Source: Oceanispirochaeta sp.
Lineage (GTDB): Bacteria > Spirochaetota > Spirochaetia > DSM-2461
Direction: 5' to 3'
Assembly (NCBI GenBank): GCA_963663385.2
Contig: CAXXXD010000002.1
Coordinates: 960,001-1,024,000, forward strand
Length of the DNA stretch: 64,000 nucleotides
Shown piece after piece: positions 32,296 to 42,592 of this stretch. The stretch's first letter is position 1; the number at the start of each line of letters is the position of its first letter. The notes below the pieces were generated by a model. It did no database searches. It was not told the DNA's origin and was given only the letters and a program-made list of their open reading frames with translations. The translations under genes and the position numbers were made by a program.

Positions 32296-33807
32296 ATGCC
32301 TAAAGAAGAGATTCCGGTATTAAAATTGAAAAATGTATCCAAGAGATATCCAGGGGTGGTTGCCTTAAACAATGTCTCGATGGAGGTGAAAAAAGGTGAA
32401 GTACATGCTCTTGTCGGTGAGAATGGTGCTGGGAAATCTACACTGGTAAAATGCTGCAGCGGGGCTATCAAACCGAGTGACGGTATTATCCAGATTAATA
32501 ATGAGGAATTTCATTCACTGACACCCCAATTGTCAGAAAAGAATGGACTTTCAGTGATCTATCAGGAATTCAATCTTATTCAAGAGCTAACAGTAGCAGA
32601 AAATGTGTTTTTGGGAAGAGCTATTCGAAATGGAATAGTAATAGATATGAAGTCGATGGCGGAACAAGCCAGGAAAATCTTCTCGCAATTTCATATCAAG
32701 ATAAACCCTAATCATGTGGTTAAGAATCTGACAGTTGGTTATCAGCAAATGGTAGAGATCGCTAAAGCTCTGTCCATTGATGCAAAAATTCTATTTATGG
32801 ATGAACCGACCGCCCCTTTGACAAAGAATGAGACTGAGGATCTATTTAAAGTCATTCAGAAGCTGAAAGAGGCCGGAGTGACAATAATCTATATATCACA
32901 TCGGCTGGAAGAGATCTTCCAACTGTGCGACAGAGTGACTGTTATGCGTGATGGGGAATTTATAAATACTCTAGAGACGAAAGATACCAACAAGAAGCAA
33001 CTTATTGAACTGATGGTGGGGAGGGAGTTTAAAGAGACATTCCCTCCCAGACCATGCTGTATACAGCAAGATGTTGTTTTGGATGTAAAAAATGTATCTG
33101 GAAATGGGGTTCGGGATATCTCCTTTCAGGTCAAGAAAGGTGAGATTCTGGGGCTCGGAGGGTTAGTAGGTGCAGGTCGAACTGAATTGGCGGAATTGCT
33201 TTTTGGTGTAAAACCTATAAAATCGGGGGCTGTTTTTCTGAATAATCAAGAGATTTTCTACAAGGATCCCGAAAATGCCATCAAAAAAGGGATCGCATAT
33301 GTTTCTGAAGACAGAAAACAAAAAGGTGCTTTGCTAGATGTTACTATTCGTGAAAATATTACCATAGCGATTCAAAAAAGAATTTCGAAATTTTCTGTCA
33401 TCAACAAGAAAAAAGAAATGTCTATCGCTGAAAAATTCAAGGAGCAGTTAAGCATCAAGACTCCCGATATTTATCAGCTTGTGAAGAATCTGAGTGGGGG
33501 GAATCAGCAGAAAGTTGTTCTTGCCAAATGGCTTGCTTCCGAGCCTGATCTGATTATTCTCGACGAACCCACTAGAGGTATTGATGTTGGGGCAAAATAC
33601 GAGATTTACAAACTGATCAATGAGCTGGTTCGCCAGGAAAAGGCTGTTATTATGATTTCTTCAGAGATGGAGGAGCTGATTGGAGTTTCTGATAGGATAA
33701 TTGTTTTATCTGAAGGAGTTATTACAGGGGAACTGGCAAAACCCGATTTCAATCAGGAGAAAATATTAGAATTTGCTTCAGAAAACTCAGGAGAGATTAA
33801 AGTATGA
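32296..33807 (+). CDS. Sugar ABC transporter ATP-binding protein (RbsA-like)
   Basis: GENGAGKST, LSGGNQQKV, DEPTRGIDVGAK; AGGAGG SD before 32296. Confidence 0.95.
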   Translation: MPKEEIPVLKLKNVSKRYPGVVALNNVSMEVKKGEVHALVGENGAGKSTLVKCCSGAIKPSDGIIQINNEEFHSLTPQLSEKNGLSVIYQEFNLIQELTVAENVFLGRAIRNGIVIDMKSMAEQARKIFSQFHIKINPNHVVKNLTVGYQQMVEIAKALSIDAKILFMDEPTAPLTKNETEDLFKVIQKLKEAGVTIIYISHRLEEIFQLCDRVTVMRDGEFINTLETKDTNKKQLIELMVGREFKETFPPRPCCIQQDVVLDVKNVSGNGVRDISFQVKKGEILGLGGLVGAGRTELAELLFGVKPIKSGAVFLNNQEIFYKDPENAIKKGIAYVSEDRKQKGALLDVTIRENITIAIQKRISKFSVINKKKEMSIAEKFKEQLSIKTPDIYQLVKNLSGGNQQKVVLAKWLASEPDLIILDEPTRGIDVGAKYEIYKLINELVRQEKAVIMISSEMEELIGVSDRIIVLSEGVITGELAKPDFNQEKILEFASENSGEIKV

Positions 33808-34763
33808 ACACTACCGAATTATTTAAAAAATATGGGATCTTCTTAGCATTAGTTATCCTTTTTGTTTTTTTTTCGTTAATGAACAGTGTCTTTTTCACAA
33901 CAAGCAATCTGTTCAATGTTGCCCGGCAGGTTTCCTTTCTTGGAATAGCTGCTGTAGGAATGACATTTACACTTCTTTTGGGGGGGATTGATTTATCCAT
34001 TGGGTCTGTCATCTCTCTTGTCAATGTCGTGGCAGCAACATTAATGGTTCAGCATGGGTTTTCCCCAATAGTTGCTTGTCTTATTGGAATTGCTTTGGGA
34101 ACATTCCTGGGGTTTCTTAATGGATGGGCAATAGCAAATATCGGTATTCCCCCTCTAATTGTCACATTGTGTGCCTTAACTATATGGGAAGGTGTTGCAT
34201 ATATCCTATCAAAAGGTATGCCAATCTTTGGATTTCCACAATCATTTTCCTTTTTAGGGCAGGGCTACCTTGGAGTCGTACCGATTCCTGTCATTGTGAT
34301 GGTTGTGATCCTGATAATAGGGGCATTTATCTTAAATAAGACATATTTTGGCCGGCACTTCTATGCTGTAGGAGGGAATGAAGAAGCTGCTTTCCTGTCA
34401 GGGATTAACGTAAAGAAAGTTAAGTATCTGGCCTACACTCTTTCCGGTTTTTTTGCCAGCGTTGCCGGTATTGTTATTCTTTCCAGAACCAGTTCAGGTC
34501 AGGCTATTACCGGTAAAGGATTTGAGTTCCTTGTTCTGACTGCAATTGCTCTTGGAGGCGTGAGTGTTAACGGAGGAGTTGGAAGGGTATCCAACATTGT
34601 AGCAGGTGTCTTTATTATCGGTGTCCTGACCAATGGTTTGGTTATCTTGAATATCAGCCAATATGTCCAAATGGTTATCAAAGGTTTGGTTCTGTTTACT
34701 GCGGTTGCTTTTGACATGCTGCAGCAGAACGGAAAGCTTAATTTTGTAAAAAACAAGTCATAA
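33804..34763 (+). CDS. Sugar ABC transporter permease (RbsC-like)
   Basis: GGIDLSIGS; YAVGGNEEAA.LSGI. Confidence 0.93.
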   Translation: MNTTELFKKYGIFLALVILFVFFSLMNSVFFTTSNLFNVARQVSFLGIAAVGMTFTLLLGGIDLSIGSVISLVNVVAATLMVQHGFSPIVACLIGIALGTFLGFLNGWAIANIGIPPLIVTLCALTIWEGVAYILSKGMPIFGFPQSFSFLGQGYLGVVPIPVIVMVVILIIGAFILNKTYFGRHFYAVGGNEEAAFLSGINVKKVKYLAYTLSGFFASVAGIVILSRTSSGQAITGKGFEFLVLTAIALGGVSVNGGVGRVSNIVAGVFIIGVLTNGLVILNISQYVQMVIKGLVLFTAVAFDMLQQNGKLNFVKNKS

Positions 34764-34823
34764 TTTTTTAGATAAAAACAATTAGGATAAAAAAAATATT
34801 AACTCAATATCGGGGATATATAT

Positions 34824-36299
34824 ATGGGATTTACGCAGTTAAATAAGAAAGAGCTGGGGAAACTCAATGGGGTAGAAATACCTACTTATGATTTGAATAA
34901 TCGAAGGTGTCAGATTTTGCACATAGGTGTAGGAAATTTCCATAGAGCTCATCAGGCATATTACCTTCATGATCTATTACAGCAAGAGGATAGTCCATGG
35001 CGGATATGCGGTGCAGGATTGATGCCGCAGGATGAACACATGAAAAAGGCTTTAAGCGGGCAGGATTACATGTATACGCTTGTCTCTCAGAAGTCCGATT
35101 CAGAGGATATACGCATAATCGGCTCAATTCGTAACTATATTCACATATGTACTGAATATTCCAGATTCATTGAAGTTTTCACAGATGATGTGTTGAAGAT
35201 AATCTCGCTGACTGTTACAGAGAAAGGCTATTGCAACACAAATGATTGGAATTTGGATGTGGAGTACGAGGGGATACAACATGACTTGCATAATGAAAAT
35301 GCAATACCGAAGACAGCAATCGGTGTACTTGCTTATGGGATTAAGCTAAGGATGTTAGCCGGGGCTTCCCCTCTGACGATTATGTCCTGTGATAACATTC
35401 CTGGAAATGGAGAGGTTCTGAAAAGAATACTTTTACAATTTGTTGACCAGAAAAAGGATGCAGATCTAAAAGATTATATAAATCGATTCGTTAAATTCCC
35501 ATCATGCATGGTTGACAGAATTACTCCCGGTACAACCTCTGATAAGGTAAAATACCTTGAAAATGAATATGGATTCCAGGATAAAGTTCCAGTTTTTTCT
35601 GAAGATTATATTCAATGGATTATAGAAGACGATTTCAATGTTGAACGACCAGAGTGGGAACGTTTAGGAGTTCAGATCGTCGAGGATGTAAAGCCCTATG
35701 AAATCATGAAGACCAGACTATTAAATGGAGGGCATTCGGCGCTTGCTTTTCCGTCTCTATTATCCGGATTCGAGTTTGTTGACGATGCAATGGAGAATCA
35801 AATCATAAACAAATTTGTTGAGTCATATATGAATGAGGTTAAGGTAACCCTGACACCTATAAACGGTGTCGATTATGATGCTTATATTCAAATGCTCTTA
35901 ACCCGATTTAAGAATCCGGCAATTAAAGATAGAGTCCAAAGATTAGCAGAAGACAGTAGCTCTAAATTCGTGAATTTTATCATCCCCGCATTGATCAAAC
36001 TTATAAACAGAGACGAAAAAACACCTATGATCGCTGTTGTTATAGCGTCATGGATCGTGTATTTGAACGATTCTTTTTCGAATTCTGAGTATGAAGTAGA
36101 TGATCCCCGAAGTGAAAAAATTCGAAATGCGGCATCCAATTCTCTTGAAGATTGTACAGAATTTTTGTCACTCAAAGAGATCTTCCCGGATGAAGTACTC
36201 AATAATCAGGTATTTAAAAAAGAACTGAACAATATGATCAATGATATTCTGAATAAGGGAATAAAATCGGTTTTAACATGTATTATTGAGAAATTATGA
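34824..36299 (+). CDS. Mannitol dehydrogenase family oxidoreductase (mannitol/arabitol/mannonate)
   Basis: HIGVGNFHRAHQ, SLTVTEKGY, SCDN, MVDRITP, KTRLLNGGH. Confidence 0.92.
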   Translation: MGFTQLNKKELGKLNGVEIPTYDLNNRRCQILHIGVGNFHRAHQAYYLHDLLQQEDSPWRICGAGLMPQDEHMKKALSGQDYMYTLVSQKSDSEDIRIIGSIRNYIHICTEYSRFIEVFTDDVLKIISLTVTEKGYCNTNDWNLDVEYEGIQHDLHNENAIPKTAIGVLAYGIKLRMLAGASPLTIMSCDNIPGNGEVLKRILLQFVDQKKDADLKDYINRFVKFPSCMVDRITPGTTSDKVKYLENEYGFQDKVPVFSEDYIQWIIEDDFNVERPEWERLGVQIVEDVKPYEIMKTRLLNGGHSALAFPSLLSGFEFVDDAMENQIINKFVESYMNEVKVTLTPINGVDYDAYIQMLLTRFKNPAIKDRVQRLAEDSSSKFVNFIIPALIKLINRDEKTPMIAVVIASWIVYLNDSFSNSEYEVDDPRSEKIRNAASNSLEDCTEFLSLKEIFPDEVLNNQVFKKELNNMINDILNKGIKSVLTCIIEKL

Positions 36300-36441
36300 C
36301 TCAATAATACATAGGGTATTGTAGAGAATGAGCTTGATAGGTTTAGATGCAGGAACTACCTCAATAGGCTAAAATTCTATAGAAATATTCTTAAATTGTT
36401 TTATAGTAAATAAATGGGTTTAAACCCCTAGTGGAGTTAAA

Positions 36442-36466
36442 GGTCTGTGTGCGTTTCACACAGACC
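36442..36466. terminator. Perfect 10-bp hairpin at the right edge of the AT-rich island
   Basis: GGTCTGTGTG-CGTTT-CACACAGACC. Confidence 0.5.
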
Positions 36467-36474
36467 CCCTTATT

Positions 36475-36741
36475 ATGCTAAAAAATCTAAGTCTTCTTCC
36501 GGTTTCTTTATTTCCCCTTATTCTGATGAGTCCCGTATCCTACAGGCTGACAAACCGGATCATTTCTAATAACAAACGGACCAATACGGAAGTGGTTATT
36601 GACCGGGTAAGGGATGAACTGAATGCGCTTCTCTCCGAATCCCGAGTCTCTGAATCCCTGGAAAAACATTTACTTTATAAGTTAATACAAATTAATAAGT
36701 ATAATCTATTGACGTTAGGCAAGGCTAATTATTATATTTAG
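36475..36741 (+). pseudogene. Possible remnant of a membrane sensor N-terminus
   Basis: LLPVSLFPLILMS TM-like segment then a helix, degenerating into AT-rich promoter sequence. Confidence 0.25.
36709..36738 (+). promoter_or_regulatory. Promoter with DtxR/IdeR-like box in the spacer
   Basis: TTGACG(36709) then TTAGGCAAGGCTAA (36715-36728) then TATATT. Confidence 0.55.
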
Positions 36742-36769
36742 TTATAAACAAAACCTTTCAGGGAGTGTT

Positions 36770-37120
36770 ATGAAAGTTTTTATCCATCATATCTATGAAT
36801 TGAAAAAAGGACTGAGAAGACTGGTTCTGCATACCTGTCCTTCCTCTGATCTGCCGGTAATCGAGAGGAAACTGAAGAGCGAGGGGATCCCCTATCTGAT
36901 AGATCAGGTAACGAATTCCAAAATCAATGTTTTTTTCGGGGATGAAACCTGTATTAATGTTCTGAAGGAGTTTTCAACCCTGGCACTGTATCAATTGAGT
37001 GATCAGGAGGATTTTATCCTGGGAACTTTACTGGGGTACGATCTTAAAATTCAGTGCCTTAGGTTTTTGGAGAGGGTGAAGGCCGATTCCAATGAAGGCC
37101 TCCAAATTCTCATGGCATAA
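36770..37120 (+). CDS. DUF2023-family protein
   Basis: MKVFIHHIYELKKGLR.L.LHT; EDFILG.LLGYD...QC.RFL. Confidence 0.8.
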   Translation: MKVFIHHIYELKKGLRRLVLHTCPSSDLPVIERKLKSEGIPYLIDQVTNSKINVFFGDETCINVLKEFSTLALYQLSDQEDFILGTLLGYDLKIQCLRFLERVKADSNEGLQILMA

Positions 37121-37140
37121 ACAAGTTACAAGGAGTTTAG

Positions 37141-37620
37141 ATGACAGTCATAATTTACGGTTCAACAACGGGTAATACGGAAGAGGTTGCCAGAAAAATA
37201 GCAGAGGAAATGGGAGATGCCAGACTGGTGAATGCAGCAGATGCTGCTCCGGATGATCTTTCTTCTGCCGACAGAATCATCCTCGGTACATCCACATGGG
37301 GAGTCGGAGATCTTCAGGATGACTGGGAAGGTAAGATGGGTCTGTTTGACGGCCTGGACCTTTCCGGAAAGAAAGCGGCTGTTTTCGGACTTGGCGACCA
37401 GGAAGGATACCCGGACAGTTTTGTGGACGGAATGGGTATCCTGGCCGGAAAACTGAGTGAAACGGGAGCAGAGCTAGTGGGAACATGGCCTGTAGAGGGT
37501 TATGAATTTGATGAGTCCGGGGCAGTTACGAACGGGCAGTTTGTCGGTCTGGCGCTGGATGAGGATAATCAGAGTGATCTGACTGATCAGAGAATCCGGG
37601 ACTGGATTGGAACTCTTTAA
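37141..37620 (+). CDS. fldA: Long-chain flavodoxin
   Basis: YGSTTGNTE, TSTWGVGDLQDDW, FGLGDQEGY, FVGLALDEDNQ. Confidence 0.93.
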   Translation: MTVIIYGSTTGNTEEVARKIAEEMGDARLVNAADAAPDDLSSADRIILGTSTWGVGDLQDDWEGKMGLFDGLDLSGKKAAVFGLGDQEGYPDSFVDGMGILAGKLSETGAELVGTWPVEGYEFDESGAVTNGQFVGLALDEDNQSDLTDQRIRDWIGTL

Positions 37621-37795
37621 TTTAAACGCCTCCGGTTTTCTGTCAGAAAGCCGGAGCAAACGGCGGGACTCTGCATGATCCGGGCTGAAGTTCTCAACTC
37701 CCACCGGGGAATTTACTGTTTTCCCTTCTGATTCCTATGATAACATGGTATGGTCCAATTGTTTAACTGAATTGATAGGATAAAGAGGATAGGTT

Positions 37796-38356
37796 ATGAA
37801 AAAGCTTGTAGAGGTATCTGCACAGTCTCACAAGGAAGAGCTGGATATTCGTGTTGTACCTGTTGATGCCGGTCTGATTAGAAAAGATGCGGTATTCAGA
37901 GAGGCCTGTGAACAGAATCTCTGCGGGCATTACAGCGCAAAATGGATGTGTCCTCCCGCTGTCGGTACGGTAGAAGAACTGACCGAAAAACTGAAGCAGT
38001 ATAAGAATGCTGTTGTGATTCAGAGCATACATCCCTTAAAGGATGATCAGGATACCGGGGAGGTATTTACCTGCAGGCAGGAACATATCAGACTATTTAT
38101 GAAAGTTCGGGAAGATCTGTGGGCTGCCTGTCTCTCCGACGATTCCGGAGGATTCCTTGGATTGAGCGCCGGAGAGTGCATGGTCTGTAAAAGCTGCAAT
38201 TGTACAAAGGGGAAAAAATGCCGTTTCCCTGATAAAGCCGTCCCGTCTCTTGAATCCTACTGTATTGATGCGGATGCCCTGCTGAAGTGCTGTAGTCTGA
38301 ATTATCATAACGGTGAAAATACGGTCTCTTTCGTGAGCCTTTTTCTGCTTCAATAG
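37796..38356 (+). CDS. DUF2284-family Cys-rich metal-binding protein
   Basis: CEQNLCGHY..WMCPP; GECMVCKSC; CRFPDKA.PSLESYCID. Confidence 0.75.
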   Translation: MKKLVEVSAQSHKEELDIRVVPVDAGLIRKDAVFREACEQNLCGHYSAKWMCPPAVGTVEELTEKLKQYKNAVVIQSIHPLKDDQDTGEVFTCRQEHIRLFMKVREDLWAACLSDDSGGFLGLSAGECMVCKSCNCTKGKKCRFPDKAVPSLESYCIDADALLKCCSLNYHNGENTVSFVSLFLLQ

Positions 38357-38414
38357 CGTCAATAGCAGGGCCCTGAAAAATTCCTTGACAATTTCTCAAT
38401 TCCAGTATAATTTA

Positions 38415-38430
38415 AATGAAACGTTTCATT
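38415..38430. promoter_or_regulatory. LacI-type operator copy 1
   Basis: Perfect palindrome AATGAAACGTTTCATT just after TATAAT (38406); identical copy at 39496. Confidence 0.8.
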
Positions 38431-38444
38431 ATGGGAGGGGTTTT

Positions 38445-39479
38445 ATGGCTACCATGAAGGATCTGGCAAGAATTGCCGGAGTATCAGTCGGAACAGTATC
38501 CAATGTCATCAATAACAAATCCACTGTAACAGATGAAGTGCGCATGAAAGTTGAGAAAGCCATAAAACTGACCAATTATAAGGTAAATCTCCATGCCAGA
38601 GGGATGATTCTGAAAAAAAGCTTTAATATCGGTTTGATTGTACCTTCCATTCTTGATCCCTTTTTCCCGAGGATGGTTGACGTCATAGAGCAGGAGTGTG
38701 AGAAACTGGATATGAACGTTATTCTGGCATCCTCAAACTACTCGGGAGAGAGAGAAATAGACAAGATTGAGCAGATGCTTTCTAAGAATGTGGACGGAAT
38801 AATCCTTACTCCCGAATCTGATGGAAATATGCCTTATGTCAAAGGGCTGCTTTCAAAGGGAATCCCTCTGGTCCTGTTATCCAGGCGGTATAACAATCTG
38901 CAGACTTCCTATGTTGTCGCAGATAATGAAAAAGCCGCTATTGATGGTTTAAATTATTTATTAGAAAAGAAATACTATGATATAGGATTCCTTGTCTCTC
39001 CATTGATGAACTCCTCTGACGAGGACCGTCTTCAGGGAATTCAGTTGTGGGCAAGAGACAATGCCGATCGCTGCCGTGTTTCTGTGCACTACTGTGAACC
39101 GCTTCCCGAAAAGGACAGGAAGCACAGTATGGAACATCAGATGTCTGAGGGGTATCAGAAGGGTTTGGTTCTGATACGGGAAAACAGGCTGCCCCGTGCT
39201 GTATTTGCCAACAATGACTATATTGCAGTCGGATTTATGAAAGCCTGCTTTGAGGAGGGCGTCCGTATTCCCGAAGATGTGGCACTTCTGGGTGTCAGTA
39301 ATCAGTTTCCGAAAGAGCTTCTGATTAAAGCGTTGAGTACCTTTAATCCTCATGCAGACAGGCTTGGAACAGAAGCTGTGAGAATACTCAAAAACCTGAT
39401 GGATCATCAGGGAGAAATTGTTCCGGAAAGGCATCAGATAAAAATTGGCATGTCCTTGATTGAGGGGATGACAACATAA
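38445..39479 (+). CDS. LacI-family regulator
   Basis: MATMKDLARIAGVSVGTVSNVIN HTH; GGAGG SD. Confidence 0.93.
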   Translation: MATMKDLARIAGVSVGTVSNVINNKSTVTDEVRMKVEKAIKLTNYKVNLHARGMILKKSFNIGLIVPSILDPFFPRMVDVIEQECEKLDMNVILASSNYSGEREIDKIEQMLSKNVDGIILTPESDGNMPYVKGLLSKGIPLVLLSRRYNNLQTSYVVADNEKAAIDGLNYLLEKKYYDIGFLVSPLMNSSDEDRLQGIQLWARDNADRCRVSVHYCEPLPEKDRKHSMEHQMSEGYQKGLVLIRENRLPRAVFANNDYIAVGFMKACFEEGVRIPEDVALLGVSNQFPKELLIKALSTFNPHADRLGTEAVRILKNLMDHQGEIVPERHQIKIGMSLIEGMTT

Positions 39480-39495
39480 AAAAAATATTTTTATC

Positions 39496-39511
39496 AATGA
39501 AACGTTTCATT
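39496..39511. promoter_or_regulatory. LacI-type operator copy 2
   Basis: AATGAAACGTTTCATT immediately upstream of the SBP gene. Confidence 0.8.
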
Positions 39512-39529
39512 GGTAAAACAGGAGGTCTT

Positions 39530-40795
39530 ATGAAGAAGGTTGTAGGTACTTTGGGGATGTTGTTTCTTTTTTGCACAGGTCTGTTTGCCGCCGGCCAGCA
39601 GGAGGCAGGATCGGAATCTGTCAAACTGAAGGTGTGGGGGTGGATCTTTAACCAGGGCGAAGGGCCTGTAATTAAAGCAGTTCTGCAGGACTACCGGGAA
39701 CTTCATCCGGAAGTTGAGATTGAAGAAATCGATACACCATGGGCACAGGCGCATGACAAGTTTATTGTGATGACCCAGTCAAGTGATGTTCCGCAGCTTA
39801 CTGCTGTCAACCGAAACTGGCTTACTGAATTCGTATCAATCGGAGCTTTGACGGATTTGACCAGCAGGGTGGATGCCGTTCCCGGAATGAGGGATAAATA
39901 TTATGAAGCGGTGAAGGGGGAGATGGACGGAAAAGTCTGGATGCTGCCTTACAGCGGAGGTAATGCCGCCCTGGTCTACAATAAAAAGGTATTTGATGAA
40001 AAAGGATTGACTCCTCCCGCTACCATGGAAGAGTTTATAGAAATTGGGAAACTCCTTTCCGATCCGGCATCCAATAAATATGCCACACAGCTTTGTATCG
40101 CCGAATCGAATTCATCGGGTGCTCATGTCTGTAACTATGGACCGGTTCTGTACTCATTCGGTGGTAAATATGTGGAAAATAAAAAAGCGGCATTCAATTC
40201 TCCTGAGGGTGTAAAAGCTATGGAGTGGATGATCTCCCTGGAGAACGATCTGAAAATTGCCTCACCCGGATCCATTACCGTTGATGCCAGGGGGATGAGG
40301 GAATCCCTGGCAGGAGGCAGTACATTTATGAACTTTGACGGATCATGGGGAACTCCGTTTTACAATAAGTATCCCGAGATCGAAATCGGAATTGCACCCA
40401 TGCCTAAAGGTGTGTCCATGGGGACTGTTATAAATATTATGAACTGGGGTATTCCGGAAAAAGCAAAGGATAAGGATGCAGCCTGGGATCTGCTGAAGTT
40501 TATTGAGAGCGATGAGAATATGCTGAGACTGTTCCGGGATGCCAATGTAATGCCCAATATGCCGAAATACGGCGAAATGCCGGAATTCCTGGAACAATTT
40601 TCCGGATTCCTCACAACCATGGCCCAATCGGATAACTTTTTTCAGACAGGTTCTATCCCTCATGAATCCGATCTGTACAAAATCCTTGTAAGAGCCTATC
40701 AGAAAGCCTTTCTGGGAGACGCTACAGCCAAGTCAGCACTGGATGATGCGGCTGTAGAATATAATGCACTTCTGGACCGGTTCTATAACAACTGA
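39530..40795 (+). CDS. Carbohydrate ABC (CUT1) substrate-binding protein
   Basis: FAAGQQE signal, LVYNKKVF, AAWDLLKFI; AGGAGG SD. Confidence 0.9.
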   Translation: MKKVVGTLGMLFLFCTGLFAAGQQEAGSESVKLKVWGWIFNQGEGPVIKAVLQDYRELHPEVEIEEIDTPWAQAHDKFIVMTQSSDVPQLTAVNRNWLTEFVSIGALTDLTSRVDAVPGMRDKYYEAVKGEMDGKVWMLPYSGGNAALVYNKKVFDEKGLTPPATMEEFIEIGKLLSDPASNKYATQLCIAESNSSGAHVCNYGPVLYSFGGKYVENKKAAFNSPEGVKAMEWMISLENDLKIASPGSITVDARGMRESLAGGSTFMNFDGSWGTPFYNKYPEIEIGIAPMPKGVSMGTVINIMNWGIPEKAKDKDAAWDLLKFIESDENMLRLFRDANVMPNMPKYGEMPEFLEQFSGFLTTMAQSDNFFQTGSIPHESDLYKILVRAYQKAFLGDATAKSALDDAAVEYNALLDRFYNN

Positions 40796-40859
40796 TCCCC
40801 GGGGGCATCCGGATGGAATACTCCGGATGCTCCGGAAATTTAATAAATAGGAGAATTAT

Positions 40860-41738
40860 GTGAACATTAGTAAAGAGGCCCGTGGGTATTTCTGGGTAAC
40901 TCCGCTGATTGTAATCCTTTTGCTTACAACCCTGTTTCCCGTTCTGTATATTTTCGGCCTGGGATTCTTTGAAAACTATCTGCCTTCGGGCAAGGTATTC
41001 CCGATTGGTCTGGCAAATTACAGGGAAACTCTTAAGAACCCGCTTTTTTACAAAGTCCTGTCCAATACGGCTGTATATGTCTTTTTCAGCGTCCTGCTCC
41101 ATCTGGTCATCGGTCTGTTTCTTGCGGCGTTTCTGGACAAAAGGAATCGGTTCTCTACACTGGCATCCGGTATGCGGGTCGTATTTATTATTCCCTGGCT
41201 ACTGTCATGGTCGGTAGCATCTTCCATCTGGCTGCTTATTCTGAATCCTACAGGAGTTCTGAACAGTTTCCTGATTTCACACGGCTGGACAACGGATCAG
41301 ATATCCTGGTTCGGTTCTCCCGATTACGCCATGGTCTGGATAATTCTGATAACCGCATGGAAGGCTTTTCCCTTTTACATGATGCTGATATATGCGGCTC
41401 TTACCACCATACCGGAAGAGCTCTATGAATCGGCTTCAATAGACGGAGCAAACCTGGTGCAGAAATTTTACTTTGTCAGTTTGCAGTCCATTATTCCCAC
41501 GATTTTGACTCTGGGTGTCCTGGATGTAATCTGGTCCATCCGGCAATATGACATCTTTGCCCTGACAACCGGCGGCGGACCTCTGGACAGTACCAGAACC
41601 TTATCCCTGCATGTGTATTCCATGGCATTCGAAAACCTCAGGTTCGGCCTGGCTTCGTCCCAGGGAATTATTATTATGTTTATTTCCAGCCTGATTTCCA
41701 TATTCTATATCAGATTGTACGGACAGACGGAGAAGTAA
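40860..41738 (+). CDS. Carbohydrate ABC permease
   Basis: EAA-type motif IPEELYESASIDGA; LTTGGGP. Confidence 0.93.
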   Translation: MNISKEARGYFWVTPLIVILLLTTLFPVLYIFGLGFFENYLPSGKVFPIGLANYRETLKNPLFYKVLSNTAVYVFFSVLLHLVIGLFLAAFLDKRNRFSTLASGMRVVFIIPWLLSWSVASSIWLLILNPTGVLNSFLISHGWTTDQISWFGSPDYAMVWIILITAWKAFPFYMMLIYAALTTIPEELYESASIDGANLVQKFYFVSLQSIIPTILTLGVLDVIWSIRQYDIFALTTGGGPLDSTRTLSLHVYSMAFENLRFGLASSQGIIIMFISSLISIFYIRLYGQTEK

Positions 41739-41740
41739 AA

Positions 41741-42580
41741 ATGAATACTATTGCATCGAATAAATATTTGGACTCCCTCTGGCTGATTGCTGCGATCTTT
41801 CTTTTGGGTGTTATTTTTTTCCCTATTCTATGGATGATCCTCTGTGCTACAAGACCCAATCAGGACCTGTTCCTCTTTCCTGTTCCTTTTATTCAGGAGA
41901 AATTCACTCTTGAAGCCTTTAGAATCATTTTTTCACAGAAGGATGTCTATCTGTCTCTGTATAATACGGTTTTTGTATCCCTTTTTGCGACAATCTTCTG
42001 TATCTGTGTGGCTGCACTGGGGGCATTCGGAATGTCCCGCTACAATTTTAAAGGCCGCCGTTTGCTGCAATTCTATATCCTTATGACCCAAATGCTGCCT
42101 GTCATTCTTATTGCCATACCTTTCTTTAAGGTTTTTATGAGTCTGGGCCTGTATGATACAAAGGTAGGACTTATTCTGGCTTATACCTCTTTCTCTCTGC
42201 CGTTTTGTACTCTTACACTGCTGGGATTCTACAGCAGTATACCCCGCTCTCTGGATGAGGCGGCTCAAATAGACGGCTGTACCCATTTCGGCAGTTTCCG
42301 GAGGATTATCCTGCCGATTTCAAAAACCGGACTGGTTTCTACCGGGATATTTTCCTTTGTTACCGCATGGAACGAATACCTGATGGCCCTGGTTCTCACC
42401 AATTCGAACCGTTCCCAGATGCTGGTTGTGGTTATAGGAAAAAAAATCGGGCAATACGATATCGCCTGGAATGAACTTATGGCCATTACGGCAGTGGCAT
42501 CCCTGCCATTAATTATGATGTATGCGTTTATGCAGAAAAGCTTTATGCGCGGCCTGACGGCCGGTTCCGTTAAAATGTAG
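41741..42580 (+). CDS. Carbohydrate ABC permease
   Basis: IPRSLDEAAQIDGC; AWNEY; GLTAGSVK. Confidence 0.93.
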   Translation: MNTIASNKYLDSLWLIAAIFLLGVIFFPILWMILCATRPNQDLFLFPVPFIQEKFTLEAFRIIFSQKDVYLSLYNTVFVSLFATIFCICVAALGAFGMSRYNFKGRRLLQFYILMTQMLPVILIAIPFFKVFMSLGLYDTKVGLILAYTSFSLPFCTLTLLGFYSSIPRSLDEAAQIDGCTHFGSFRRIILPISKTGLVSTGIFSFVTAWNEYLMALVLTNSNRSQMLVVVIGKKIGQYDIAWNELMAITAVASLPLIMMYAFMQKSFMRGLTAGSVKM

Positions 42581-42592
42581 GAGTCCCCGACA

